Shown here in pieces: positions 46,686-55,656 of a stretch of DNA of 62,504 bases. This DNA comes from Candidatus Niyogibacteria bacterium CG10_big_fil_rev_8_21_14_0_10_46_36 (lineage in GTDB: Bacteria; Patescibacteriota; Minisyncoccia; 1-14-0-10-42-19). The position numbers and the translations under genes are program-made. The notes under the pieces are model-generated. The model searched no databases, was not told the origin of the DNA, and saw nothing but the letters and a program-made list of their open reading frames with translations. The stretch lies in contig PFCO01000003.1 in NCBI GenBank assembly GCA_002772995.1, positions 74,253 through 136,756 of the forward strand. Reading direction: 5' to 3'. The stretch's first letter is position 1; each line of letters begins with the position of its first letter.

Positions 46686-48083
46686 TTATTTCTTGTATAC
46701 GAGCTGATATGCCTCAATAAGCGACTGAGCAAGCGCGTTACCGCATGTCGCTATCTCCTCTTTTGTGACAATAAGCGGAGGCATAAAGCGTATTGTCGGA
46801 TTTATGTTCGGATTCCCGGCGGAAAGCGTAATAATACCGTTCTCACGCAGACGCGCAAGCGTTGCATCGCGTAATGCCACATCAGCAACATAGCCGTCCG
46901 CTTTTTTATTAAATACCTGGAACTCAATGCCGTAATGCAGTCCGATTCCCTTAAGTGCAATATTGTGTACGGGATATACAACGCCGGGCTCCGCAAACGC
47001 ATAGAAACGGTCCATCGCCCCCTCAAGCGCATTTTTCAAGTGTCCACCCATATCACGCGCCCGCTCAATAAGATGATATTTCTCAAATATCATCATCGTT
47101 ACGATAGCATTAAACACCGCGTGCGGATTCCACTGAAATGTACTTGAGTCCCATCCAACAGCCAATCGTTCATCCCACCCCCGTAACGCTGGATTTTTTG
47201 CATTAAAGAGCGCTGCGCCTATCGGATCACCGCCTCCCATTGCTTTTGAGACAGTGATGATATCCGGAACGATGTTGAAATTCTCATAGCTCAACCATGC
47301 GCCGGTACGCCCGAATCCTTCCTGCACATCATCACACACAAGAATGACGCCGTTATCCTGCAGATGCTTTAACAATTGTATTGTATATTCATTAACAGGA
47401 TTTACTCCGCCTTCTCCTTGTATGAGTTCGAAAATAATAAACGCATAATCCCTCAGGGGAATATAATTCAACTCCCGCATAACAAGCGCTAATGTGTATT
47501 CGTCCCGCACAAACGACAGATGTTCCATGGTATGACCGCCAATACTAAATCCTTGGCGCTGTATCGGCTTGGCATAGGTACATCCGAGCGCGCCCCCCTG
47601 CCGTCCCTGGAACGCCCCCTTGAAAGCGAACGCGAATTTTTTTTCGGGATACAGCTTGTCTATAAACTTTATCGCGGAATTATTCGTAGTCGCGCCTGAT
47701 ATCTGCTGGATAAAACGCGTATCATCCCCAAACGCTATTTCTTTCAATCGCTCTGCAAGCGCCGGCTGTGATATCTCTACCTTCTTCCCATCTATTGAAA
47801 CAACGTACTGGAAATGAAAATCGGTAGCTATGAGATACCATGGCACTGATTCCTTCTCTATAGTTTCTAGTAATGATTTGTAGGCAGCAAGCCAAAACGG
47901 GTGATTGTGTCCGATGTTAGAAACGCCCGCCTGCGAACAAAAATCAAGATACTCTTTCCCGCGTTCATCGCGGAGCAAGCATCCCGTGGCACCCGTAATA
48001 ATCAGATTGTCGTTATAATCAATTGTGGTCGGAGTAAAACAGCCCCAATAACGATCAGTAAATTTTTTTACCGCTGTCTTCAT
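46686..48083 (-). CDS. Class III PLP aminotransferase (omega-amino acid: Orn/Lys/GABA type)
   Basis: YLDF, AFQGR, ELIQGEGG, DDVQEGFGRTG, DIITVSKAMGGG, IRFMPPL. Confidence 0.9.
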   Translation of the reverse strand: MKTAVKKFTDRYWGCFTPTTIDYNDNLIITGATGCLLRDERGKEYLDFCSQAGVSNIGHNHPFWLAAYKSLLETIEKESVPWYLIATDFHFQYVVSIDGKKVEISQPALAERLKEIAFGDDTRFIQQISGATTNNSAIKFIDKLYPEKKFAFAFKGAFQGRQGGALGCTYAKPIQRQGFSIGGHTMEHLSFVRDEYTLALVMRELNYIPLRDYAFIIFELIQGEGGVNPVNEYTIQLLKHLQDNGVILVCDDVQEGFGRTGAWLSYENFNIVPDIITVSKAMGGGDPIGAALFNAKNPALRGWDERLAVGWDSSTFQWNPHAVFNAIVTMMIFEKYHLIERARDMGGHLKNALEGAMDRFYAFAEPGVVYPVHNIALKGIGLHYGIEFQVFNKKADGYVADVALRDATLARLRENGIITLSAGNPNINPTIRFMPPLIVTKEEIATCGNALAQSLIEAYQLVYKK

Positions 48084-48195
48084 TGCATTTCACCTCTCTT
48101 TTTAATGTTCTGAGTACACCCGAGTGTACCACAAAAACGAGCTCAAAAAAATCGCGTTTTTTACTACGCGATTTTTGAAAAAAGAAATCAACTTT

Positions 48196-49164
48196 TTATA
48201 TCATTTTTTTGAATTCTTCTACCATCGGCACCTGTTCCGGCTCAACTTCATACGCAAGCGCAGTATTGAGTGCTGCGAAATCCGCTACAAGCAGGGACGA
48301 GAAGGCTTTCTCCCAGTTGTTTTTTCCCTCTATTATTATTTCATCAACGCCAAATCCGCGCTTTTCATATAATTGTCTGCACACATCCATGCGTTTTTGT
48401 ATCCGCGGATCATCATTCAAATCTTTTAAAAAAATAAAATGGAACGGTTCATTGAGAGGTGCGGTTTTGCCCGTATTTTCAAAACCGGTCATTTCGTTGT
48501 GATTCAACTCCGGAAATGTGTTGCAAAATGCCGGTATCTTTCCCGTCTCATTAAACTTTATTTTCCAATTATATGCTATTGCCGCATGCGTACGGGATGA
48601 ATAAATAACAGGCACTTTTCCTCGAAGCGCACGAGCCAAGCGCCTTCCTTCTTTTTCTGCTTTTTTTGTATCAAGACGCTCGTGAAGCGCTTCGGTCTGG
48701 GTGAGTTCTTCGTCCATACCAAGAAGCTTCATGAGGGCGCGCACATGGAACCCGAGAGCCATTCGCGGCTGTATGTCGATGTGCGGCAACTGGACAAACG
48801 CTACCCCCTTCTCTTTTGCACGCAGAAGAAGCTTTCCTCCTGTCGTGATAACCGCCAGAAGCGCTCCCCGCTTTTCTGTAACATCAAACGCATCAAGCAC
48901 CTCCTCGGTGTTTCCCGAATATGAATTACAAATCACAATGCTTTCACGAAGGATGTCGTCGGATATAGCAGGCAGCCCGTAATCCGTGTGCACCATGATA
49001 TGTTTTTCGGGGCATATCGATGCCATAATGTCAGCGGCCAAATGAGACCCACCCATGCCGACCGCTATCGCATGCTTTACATAGCCTAATGAGGCTTCGT
49101 TTTCTACAACGGGAGCATACGAAAATTGCTCCGGAAATCCGTCTATTGCTTCTTTTATTCCCAT
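48196..49164 (-). CDS. Bifunctional phosphoglucose/phosphomannose isomerase (SIS domains)
   Basis: GMGGSHLA, SYSGNTEE, QPRMA, NETGK, PELNHNE. Confidence 0.9.
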   Translation of the reverse strand: MGIKEAIDGFPEQFSYAPVVENEASLGYVKHAIAVGMGGSHLAADIMASICPEKHIMVHTDYGLPAISDDILRESIVICNSYSGNTEEVLDAFDVTEKRGALLAVITTGGKLLLRAKEKGVAFVQLPHIDIQPRMALGFHVRALMKLLGMDEELTQTEALHERLDTKKAEKEGRRLARALRGKVPVIYSSRTHAAIAYNWKIKFNETGKIPAFCNTFPELNHNEMTGFENTGKTAPLNEPFHFIFLKDLNDDPRIQKRMDVCRQLYEKRGFGVDEIIIEGKNNWEKAFSSLLVADFAALNTALAYEVEPEQVPMVEEFKKMI

Positions 49165-49253
49165 ATCACTTCATTGTATCACTTTGAAAAAATGAAAAAA
49201 ATAGCGTATTATGGATGTGGCTTACATTCAAAAACAAAAGAGAGGTGGCTCTC

Positions 49254-50228
49254 ATGAAAAGATATGCCTACACCCCAAAACAAGTTATTCTGGTAGACCC
49301 GGTATACTTCCGGGTGCGTAAAGAAAACATACACGACAACCGCATGATACAGCCGGACGAAAAGAGACTCCGCACACAAGCAACAGCGATATACAACATG
49401 TACGCAAATCTGGGAACTCGGGTGTTGTTCGTCCCTCCTCATAAGTATCTTGAAAGCCTTATTTATCCGGCAAACAGCTTTTTTGGACATCCCGATCCAC
49501 AAAAAAAAGAAATCATTCTTTCAAATATGCTCCTAGATACGCGAACCCACGAACCGGAAGAAATAAAACAATGGTTTCCCATTGCGGGCTACAATATCTA
49601 CATCATACCGCGGATACTCCACAAATCACCGGACGAACAAGTAGAGATGACCTTTGAGGGATTTGGCGACCTGCTCCCTGGGAGAGATATGTGGTTTGCG
49701 GGCATTGGAGAACGCACCACACAAGAAGCAGTGGAATATGTTTCAAAACAATTTGGACTTGAGGAAAAAAAACCAATCGCCTATCTCCGCCTGGTGAATC
49801 CCTATTTCTATCACTTGGATACCTGCTTACTGTCGCTTCGATACACAAACCACTTGATATATTACCCAGGTGCATTTGATAAGCGCACGATAGGATTTTT
49901 ACGAACCCTTGAGTGCGAGCGCTATGAGGTAAGCGAACATCTCGCAAAAGATTATCTTATCTGTAACAGCGTTCCATTTGGCAAGATTGTTATCCTGAAT
50001 GCGCCTTTCGGAGGAATTTCAGAAAAATCTATGCTGAGAAGCGCTCAGGGCATCCTCCTCTCAAAAACGGACAGGCGTTTCAGGGAAATAAAAGAACGCT
50101 CACACGAATATGCGGATTTTATCGAATATCTATGGAGTGTGGGGTACGGAACAATACCTGCATACACCTCAGAGGTCCGCAAAGATGGTGCCGGCATTTT
50201 CTGTCTCTCAAATTTTGTACACCTCTAA
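49254..50228 (+). CDS. Amidinotransferase/pentein-fold hydrolase (DDAH/arginine dihydrolase-like)
   Basis: YPAN, FEGFGD, FYHLDTC, YYPGAF, C-terminal GAGIFC. Confidence 0.8.
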   Translation: MKRYAYTPKQVILVDPVYFRVRKENIHDNRMIQPDEKRLRTQATAIYNMYANLGTRVLFVPPHKYLESLIYPANSFFGHPDPQKKEIILSNMLLDTRTHEPEEIKQWFPIAGYNIYIIPRILHKSPDEQVEMTFEGFGDLLPGRDMWFAGIGERTTQEAVEYVSKQFGLEEKKPIAYLRLVNPYFYHLDTCLLSLRYTNHLIYYPGAFDKRTIGFLRTLECERYEVSEHLAKDYLICNSVPFGKIVILNAPFGGISEKSMLRSAQGILLSKTDRRFREIKERSHEYADFIEYLWSVGYGTIPAYTSEVRKDGAGIFCLSNFVHL

Positions 50229-50232
50229 AAAC

Positions 50233-50260
50233 AAAAATCCCCTTTCGTAAGGGGATTTTA
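50233..50260. terminator. Bidirectional terminator
   Basis: AAAATCCCCTT-TCGT-AAGGGGATTTT. Confidence 0.85.
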
Positions 50261-50265
50261 TTATG

Positions 50266-50339
50266 TCCGCTCAGTAGGAATCGAACCTACAACCGTCTCC
50301 TTAAGAGGGAGCTGCTCTGCCTGATTGAGCTATGAGCGG
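50266..50339 (-). tRNA. tRNA-Lys(CTT), CCA not encoded
   Basis: CCGCTCA/TGAGCGG acceptor, CTCTTAA loop, GTAGG-TTCGATT-CCTAC. Confidence 0.95.
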
Positions 50340-50344
50340 GAATA

Positions 50345-50830
50345 CTATGTGTGCCGGTCGGCAAGCACGAATGCTCCAAACGAGTATGGTTTCACCGCGG
50401 CCTCAAAGCCGTACCCCTTCACCATTCCGACAACCGTATCTATCAATTCTCGCGTAGGACCATTCTCTCCAACATCAAGATGGACTGTCAATTGATTGTT
50501 CCAAAAAAACTCTTCTCCCAATTTATCCTTTAACGCGCTCCGCAGCTCTTGGGTAAATGCGATAGAACGCATTGTTTCTTTAAATATTCTGTTCTGCAGA
50601 GTGCCGCATTTTTCGGGCAAGGAACGAGACCAGAAATATCGGCCGCCGTTTCCTATCCGCAAAATGCCGACCGCAGTAACAAAACAAACTTCTTTTTCTG
50701 CACGGGAATCACTGCCGACTACGATATGATAATGCGCATCAGGTTTATGGTAAATGTACGCAATCAGTTCATCTACCAACTGCTCAAAGTTGAAGTTGCC
50801 TGCGTGGTTATGGAACTGAAGATTCGTCAT
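50345..50830 (-). CDS. RNase H-like YkuK family protein (DUF458)
   Basis: VGSDS, VHLDVG, VKPYSFGAFVLADRH. Confidence 0.85.
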   Translation of the reverse strand: MTNLQFHNHAGNFNFEQLVDELIAYIYHKPDAHYHIVVGSDSRAEKEVCFVTAVGILRIGNGGRYFWSRSLPEKCGTLQNRIFKETMRSIAFTQELRSALKDKLGEEFFWNNQLTVHLDVGENGPTRELIDTVVGMVKGYGFEAAVKPYSFGAFVLADRHT

Positions 50831-50839
50831 ATACTTCTA

Positions 50840-51652
50840 TTATAAAAGAGTGCTCTGCACATCGGAATGAAGCTGATAATCGTTATTGGTGCGCTTCGCG
50901 CGGAGAATCCTGTCAATCTTAAATACGCGATTTCCTCTGCGGAGATGGCAATATCCCTCAACGGTTGCCGCGTCTAACGCGTAGATATCAACCAGGCGGG
51001 TATTTCGCGAATCGCCTCCATCCTGGGGATTTTTTGTAACATAATCTATCTCGACGCTCTTGCGCGACTCTAACGCGCTCTTCAATACCTGGAACACATC
51101 CCCCTGAAAATCCTCCCCCCATCGGACCGGAATGGATATCTCCCCCATAGCATCCCGCGAGACAAATTTAATATGACCGTGCTCTTTACCGTATTGGTAT
51201 AACTCTTTGGTTACTTTTACGTCTTGGACACAATAATCTTTTACTTCCTGGATGCGCCCCTCCCGGAACCATTGCAGCGCCTGCAATCCGTCGGCGCTCT
51301 TGGAAATATTCAGAGTTGTGCGCGCCAAATTATCAAGCGACACGCGAAAGCCGACCCCCTGTACGACATCATCCATCATATCAAGCATGGGAATCTCCTT
51401 GAGATTTATTGATGTATACGGCTGTAAAACCGGAATATCAAATCCTTTGATGTTAAACCCGACCAAAAGATCCGTGGCTTTTATCATCTCCTCAAATTTC
51501 GGCAACTCATGCTCCTCAAACACATGATACGAGCCGTCATGGGATGTGTATGCAGCAAGAACAGAAATGCCAAGCTTATGAACAAAATCGCGGCCACCCA
51601 CTTCCGCGAATTCCTTTTTTGTTTCTATATCAAAAACAACAGTATTTTCCAT
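50840..51652 (-). CDS. RNase H-like (DEDD/YprB-type) exonuclease domain fused to a C-terminal WYL domain
   Basis: VFDIET, GFNIKGFD, LDMM, YCVQDV; then IDY...R...GYCHLR...RVFKIDRI. Confidence 0.8.
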   Translation of the reverse strand: MENTVVFDIETKKEFAEVGGRDFVHKLGISVLAAYTSHDGSYHVFEEHELPKFEEMIKATDLLVGFNIKGFDIPVLQPYTSINLKEIPMLDMMDDVVQGVGFRVSLDNLARTTLNISKSADGLQALQWFREGRIQEVKDYCVQDVKVTKELYQYGKEHGHIKFVSRDAMGEISIPVRWGEDFQGDVFQVLKSALESRKSVEIDYVTKNPQDGGDSRNTRLVDIYALDAATVEGYCHLRRGNRVFKIDRILRAKRTNNDYQLHSDVQSTLL

Positions 51653-51730
51653 AATATAAAAATGATTATAGCACAAAAATAGAAATAAAAAAGGCCTTGT
51701 GGGCCTTCCTGTACTGCTCCCTCGAGCGGC

Positions 51731-52132
51731 TTAGAACGGAACATCAATCGCAAAGATGCCCGCACCCATGATGAAAAGTGCAAGTGAAATTACGAGAAGC
51801 GTAAGCTCAAACTCCCAGCCGTTTGCAAATCCCTTTTTGCGCGCGACCAACGCAATCGCAAAAAACATATTGATTGCCATCAAAAGCGCTATCAGCTGGA
51901 CAAACAGCCCCACAATAAGAAATATTCCTCCGAAAAACTCAAGCGCACCGATGAAAATCACCCAAGCTGCAGCGGGGCGAAGCCCCAAACTTTGGAAAAA
52001 ATCTTTTGTGCCTTGAAAGTTTTTGAATAATTTAGGATACCCGTGAACAATAAAGATAACACCCAAAAGAACCCGCAATAAGAACGGGACAACAAACCAA
52101 AAATCAAATAGTTGGGGAAATACGCTTGGCAT
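51731..52132 (-). CDS. DoxX-family membrane protein
   Basis: LRVLLGVIFIVHG, EFFGG, GWEF, GAG. Confidence 0.9.
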   Translation of the reverse strand: MPSVFPQLFDFWFVVPFLLRVLLGVIFIVHGYPKLFKNFQGTKDFFQSLGLRPAAAWVIFIGALEFFGGIFLIVGLFVQLIALLMAINMFFAIALVARKKGFANGWEFELTLLVISLALFIMGAGIFAIDVPF

Positions 52133-52143
52133 ATACCTCTATA

Positions 52144-52809
52144 TTATACATGTCTTTTGAGCCACGCAACAATACTCCCCTCAAGTTCGGGATACGCCCT
52201 GAACATATGAATGCCATGCTCTGTACCCGCAAATATATCTATCTTTTTTTCTTTACACGACACAGCTTCGTATAATTCTTGCGCCATAACAGACGCGGAA
52301 ATGCCGTTCCTACGGATATCCTCTTTTGCTGCGATAAAATATACGCTCTGGTGTTCTCGTATGTGCCGCGCCGCAGGAAGCGTCTCAACGCCACTATAAT
52401 TAAGGCCCGCCGACATAACGACTCCCCCGCGCACACCCCCAATCTCACCGAGTAGCTGAAGCGCAATATTACCTCCTATAGACGCGCCAATCACGAAAAG
52501 CGGATTACATCCTTCCTTCTGGAGAAATAAAAAACCTGCCCGCGCATCTTGAATGCTTTGCTTGGTTTCCTCTTCAGAAAATGACCGGTATCCGTCAGGC
52601 CCCTCGCTAGATTCTCCGTGTCCCCGAAAATCTATCGCAAGCACGCCGAATCCTTCCGCCTGGAGCTTCTTTGCAAACGCATCCCATGATTCTTTTGTTT
52701 CAGGAAGCATATGCAAAAGCAAAACGCCGGGACTTCCCGTTTCCCCCCAATACTGCGTGCCGGCAAGAGTAAAGCTGTCTTCTGTTTTTATCTGTATACT
52801 TTTTTGCAT
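52144..52809 (-). CDS. Alpha/beta hydrolase
   Basis: DFRGHGES, GASIGG nucleophile elbow, EHG. Confidence 0.88.
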   Translation of the reverse strand: MQKSIQIKTEDSFTLAGTQYWGETGSPGVLLLHMLPETKESWDAFAKKLQAEGFGVLAIDFRGHGESSEGPDGYRSFSEEETKQSIQDARAGFLFLQKEGCNPLFVIGASIGGNIALQLLGEIGGVRGGVVMSAGLNYSGVETLPAARHIREHQSVYFIAAKEDIRRNGISASVMAQELYEAVSCKEKKIDIFAGTEHGIHMFRAYPELEGSIVAWLKRHV

Positions 52810-52863
52810 GGATATAGAAATAATGATACCATCATCGTAGCGTTTTTTAAAAAGGAGAAACGA

Positions 52864-53127
52864 ATGGCAGAAGAAAAAGAGATGCCTATCGTAGCGTTTG
52901 ATATGCCAAACGGAAATACTTATATCGGAGCATACGACAAATCAACTGGAGTGCTCCATAATTACATTATTGTACGAACAGTAACCACTCAAGAAGCAGA
53001 ACATACGATTGAGGCAGAATACGCGCGCGAGTACAAACGATACACGGAAAAACAACCAAGGCTTGTTTCTAAGCAAAGAGACATACATACATCAATGGCA
53101 GTCAGCAAAACAGAACTATCATTATGA
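52864..53127 (+). CDS. Hypothetical 87-aa protein
   Basis: AAGGAG before MAEEKE; convergent terminator at about 53135-53160. Confidence 0.65.
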   Translation: MAEEKEMPIVAFDMPNGNTYIGAYDKSTGVLHNYIIVRTVTTQEAEHTIEAEYAREYKRYTEKQPRLVSKQRDIHTSMAVSKTELSL

Positions 53128-53157
53128 ATAGACACAAAAGCCTCACTATGGGGCTTT

Positions 53158-54420
53158 TTATTTTTTTGGGCGGTAATATTTTTTTCCTTTTAGTTCTTTT
53201 GGGAGGTGCTCCTGATCTACTTTTGCATCTTTAAAATCGTGGGCATACGCATATCCTTTGCCATGCCCTAATTCCTTCATGAGATTCGTTGTGGCATTAC
53301 GCAGATGCTTGGGCACCGGAAGTGCACCTTTCTCCTTTGTATCGCGCCAAGCCTCCATAAGCCCCGTGTACGATGCATTGTCCTTTTTTGCTAATGCCAA
53401 ATATGTCACGCCTTGCGCGAGATTAATCGCCGCTTCGGGCATACCTATAAACGCAACCGCATCGGCAACGGCGACCGCAACAGCAATCGCTGTCGGCTGA
53501 GCATTCCCTATATCTTCAGAGGCAAAAATGACCATGCGTCGCGCGATAAACCGCGGGTCTTCTCCTCCTTCAAGCATGCGTGTCATCCAGTACAACGCTG
53601 CGTGCGGATCAGAATCACGCATTGATTTAATAAACGCGGATATGAGATTGTAATGTTCTTCTCCCTTTTTGTCGTACCGGAGCGTTTTTTTCTGAAGCGC
53701 TTCTTCTACCAAAGCGCCCGAGAGCATGACGGCATTTTTCTTTCCGCGAGACATTGCGTGCTTTACCGTAAACTCAAGTGCATTGAGCGCAATCCGCGCA
53801 TCTCCGTCCGAAAAATGCACGAGCTTCTGCATGCCCTCCTTAGAAAGCGAAACTTTTTTCTGCCCAAGGCCTCGCTCTTTATCCGCAAGCGCGTTCCGGA
53901 TTATTTTTTCTACATCCTCAAGTGAAAGCGGGTCGAGAACTAATACAAGCGAACGGGACAAAAGCGGACGAACAAGCGCGAATGAAGGATTTTCGGTAGT
54001 TGCTCCTATCAAAACAACGGTCCCCCGCTCAACATGAGGCAGAAATGCATCTTGCTGCGTACGGTTAAAGCGATGTATCTCGTCTACAAATAATATGGTT
54101 CGGGTACCATGGTGCTTAAGACGGTCTTCAGCTTCGCGTATGATGTTTCGTAATTCCGGAATCCCCGACACTGCCGCAGAAAACGGATGGAAAAACGCCT
54201 TTGATTTTTCGGCAATAATATGCGCGAGCGTGGTCTTGCCGGACCCGGGAGGCCCCCACAAAATAAGCGATTGCAATTGGTCGCTTTCAACGGCTTCACG
54301 GAGCGGCATCCCCTTGCCCACCACTTTTTCGTGCCCCACAAATCCGGAAAAATCATCCGGCCGCATACGTTCGGCAAGCGGCATAGTACGCGCAAATGCG
54401 TCATCAAACAAATCTTTCAT
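53158..54420 (-). CDS. rarA: Replication-associated recombination protein A (MgsA/RarA)
   Basis: PLAERMRP, GPPGSGKTT, DEIHRF, ATTENP, SEDIG, VPKHLRN. Confidence 0.96.
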   Translation of the reverse strand: MKDLFDDAFARTMPLAERMRPDDFSGFVGHEKVVGKGMPLREAVESDQLQSLILWGPPGSGKTTLAHIIAEKSKAFFHPFSAAVSGIPELRNIIREAEDRLKHHGTRTILFVDEIHRFNRTQQDAFLPHVERGTVVLIGATTENPSFALVRPLLSRSLVLVLDPLSLEDVEKIIRNALADKERGLGQKKVSLSKEGMQKLVHFSDGDARIALNALEFTVKHAMSRGKKNAVMLSGALVEEALQKKTLRYDKKGEEHYNLISAFIKSMRDSDPHAALYWMTRMLEGGEDPRFIARRMVIFASEDIGNAQPTAIAVAVAVADAVAFIGMPEAAINLAQGVTYLALAKKDNASYTGLMEAWRDTKEKGALPVPKHLRNATTNLMKELGHGKGYAYAHDFKDAKVDQEHLPKELKGKKYYRPKK

Positions 54421-54477
54421 ACGAAAAACACCTCTACTATAGCAAAGAAAAAGAAAAACGGCATGTAGCGCCGCGTG

Positions 54478-55044
54478 CTATTTTTCCTTCAAGAGATACC
54501 GATGGAGTATATTGTATTCTGCTCCACCAAATCCAAGAATAGATTGCATAAGCACCACAGAGGAGAGTGTGCCAAAAAACTTCACACCTTCATCAAGCTG
54601 CTGGATAGGGAACGAGGAGAATTCTTCGGGATGGAAGCGCGCAAGCGTTACATGAAGCCGGAATGGTTCCCGGCTTGGATAGAAATCAACATTCGCATGC
54701 TTTAATATCCGTTCAATCTCTTCTTTTAACTCCTGCATAGCAGGCGGCGTAGGCCCTTCTGCCCAAATAAGCGTTGGCATACGGGTGGTCGGACCAAACC
54801 GTATACGGGTAAGCTCTATCTCAAATGAAATAACATTGCTGATAGTCGGCAAAAGAAGCCCCTTTAAAAAATCTACCTGGCTTTCTTCAATAGACCATGG
54901 CGGCACAAGGGTGACATGAAGATTGCGCGGCTCTATCCAGCGCACGGGGAGATTCACTTTTTTCTGCAAGTCTTTTTCCCACCGGATTATTTTATCTTCC
55001 AAGGCATCATCCAGGGGGAAAGCGAAAAATATTCGTTTACTCAT
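54478..55044 (-). CDS. thpR: RNA 2',3'-cyclic phosphodiesterase (2H phosphoesterase, ThpR/LigT)
   Basis: Two HVTL motifs; RIFFAFP; SILGFGGAEY. Confidence 0.9.
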   Translation of the reverse strand: MSKRIFFAFPLDDALEDKIIRWEKDLQKKVNLPVRWIEPRNLHVTLVPPWSIEESQVDFLKGLLLPTISNVISFEIELTRIRFGPTTRMPTLIWAEGPTPPAMQELKEEIERILKHANVDFYPSREPFRLHVTLARFHPEEFSSFPIQQLDEGVKFFGTLSSVVLMQSILGFGGAEYNILHRYLLKEK

Positions 55045-55161
55045 TCCTTTTAGAATATCATATCTTGCCCCCTCCCGCAGTGAGGATGTGCTGATACCGT
55101 TAGAAGCCCCGGATAGAAAAATGGAGTTGACAATTCATAAAAATTACATTATTATTTTTTC

Positions 55162-55606
55162 AGATGTGTTTTTCTGAATGATCGCTCTGCATACGCAGGG
55201 AGGAAAGTCCGAACACTCCCCCGATGTTCGTCGGGGAGCAAGGTAGCGGGTAACACCCGTCCGGGGCAATCCGAGTGGTGCGAACAGAAACGTCCCTGCC
55301 TGCCGACAAGCAGGTCGGCCGAAAGGCTCAGGGAGAGCCCAATCCCAAGCTAGATGGCTCAGCTTCACTATAGGGACAGAAATGTGAAGATGAAACGGCT
55401 AAATCCATACCCGAGTGCAAGGCCGTGTCCCACTTTTTATTAGACATTATGTTTAATGAATAGCGGGAAGTGCCGCTAGAATCCCGCAGTAATGCGGGAT
55501 CCAGATAAATGATCATTGCCAATGTTGTTCGCTGTAAGCGAATATAAAATCTCGTTTCACTCGAACGAAATTGGTACAAAATTCGGCTTATAGGAAGAAT
55601 ATATCT
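55162..55606 (+). ncRNA. rnpB: RNase P RNA (about 445 nt; ends approximate)
   Basis: GAGGAAAGTCC (5' P4), GGGTAACACCC, AACAGAAA, TGAAACGG, AGATAAATGATC, ACAAAATTCGGCTTA (3' P4); P1 formed by the termini. Confidence 0.93.
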
Positions 55607-55613
55607 ATAACGC

Positions 55614-55638
55614 AAAAACCCGCTTCATGCGGGTTTTT
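55614..55638. terminator. Bidirectional terminator between rnpB and nrdJ
   Basis: AAAAACCCGC-TTCAT-GCGGGTTTTT. Confidence 0.85.
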
Positions 55639-55656
55639 GCTTTTTAGCAGAAAATA

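Noticed and set aside
54478-55606. Functional link between thpR and rnpB for repairing the split tRNA
   Set aside because: Only adjacency supports it; the genes are divergent, about 10 kb from the tRNA-Pro locus, and the split halves lack 6 nt.
55144-55615. Track ORFs antisense to RNase P RNA
   Set aside because: Explained by the structured RNA on the plus strand.
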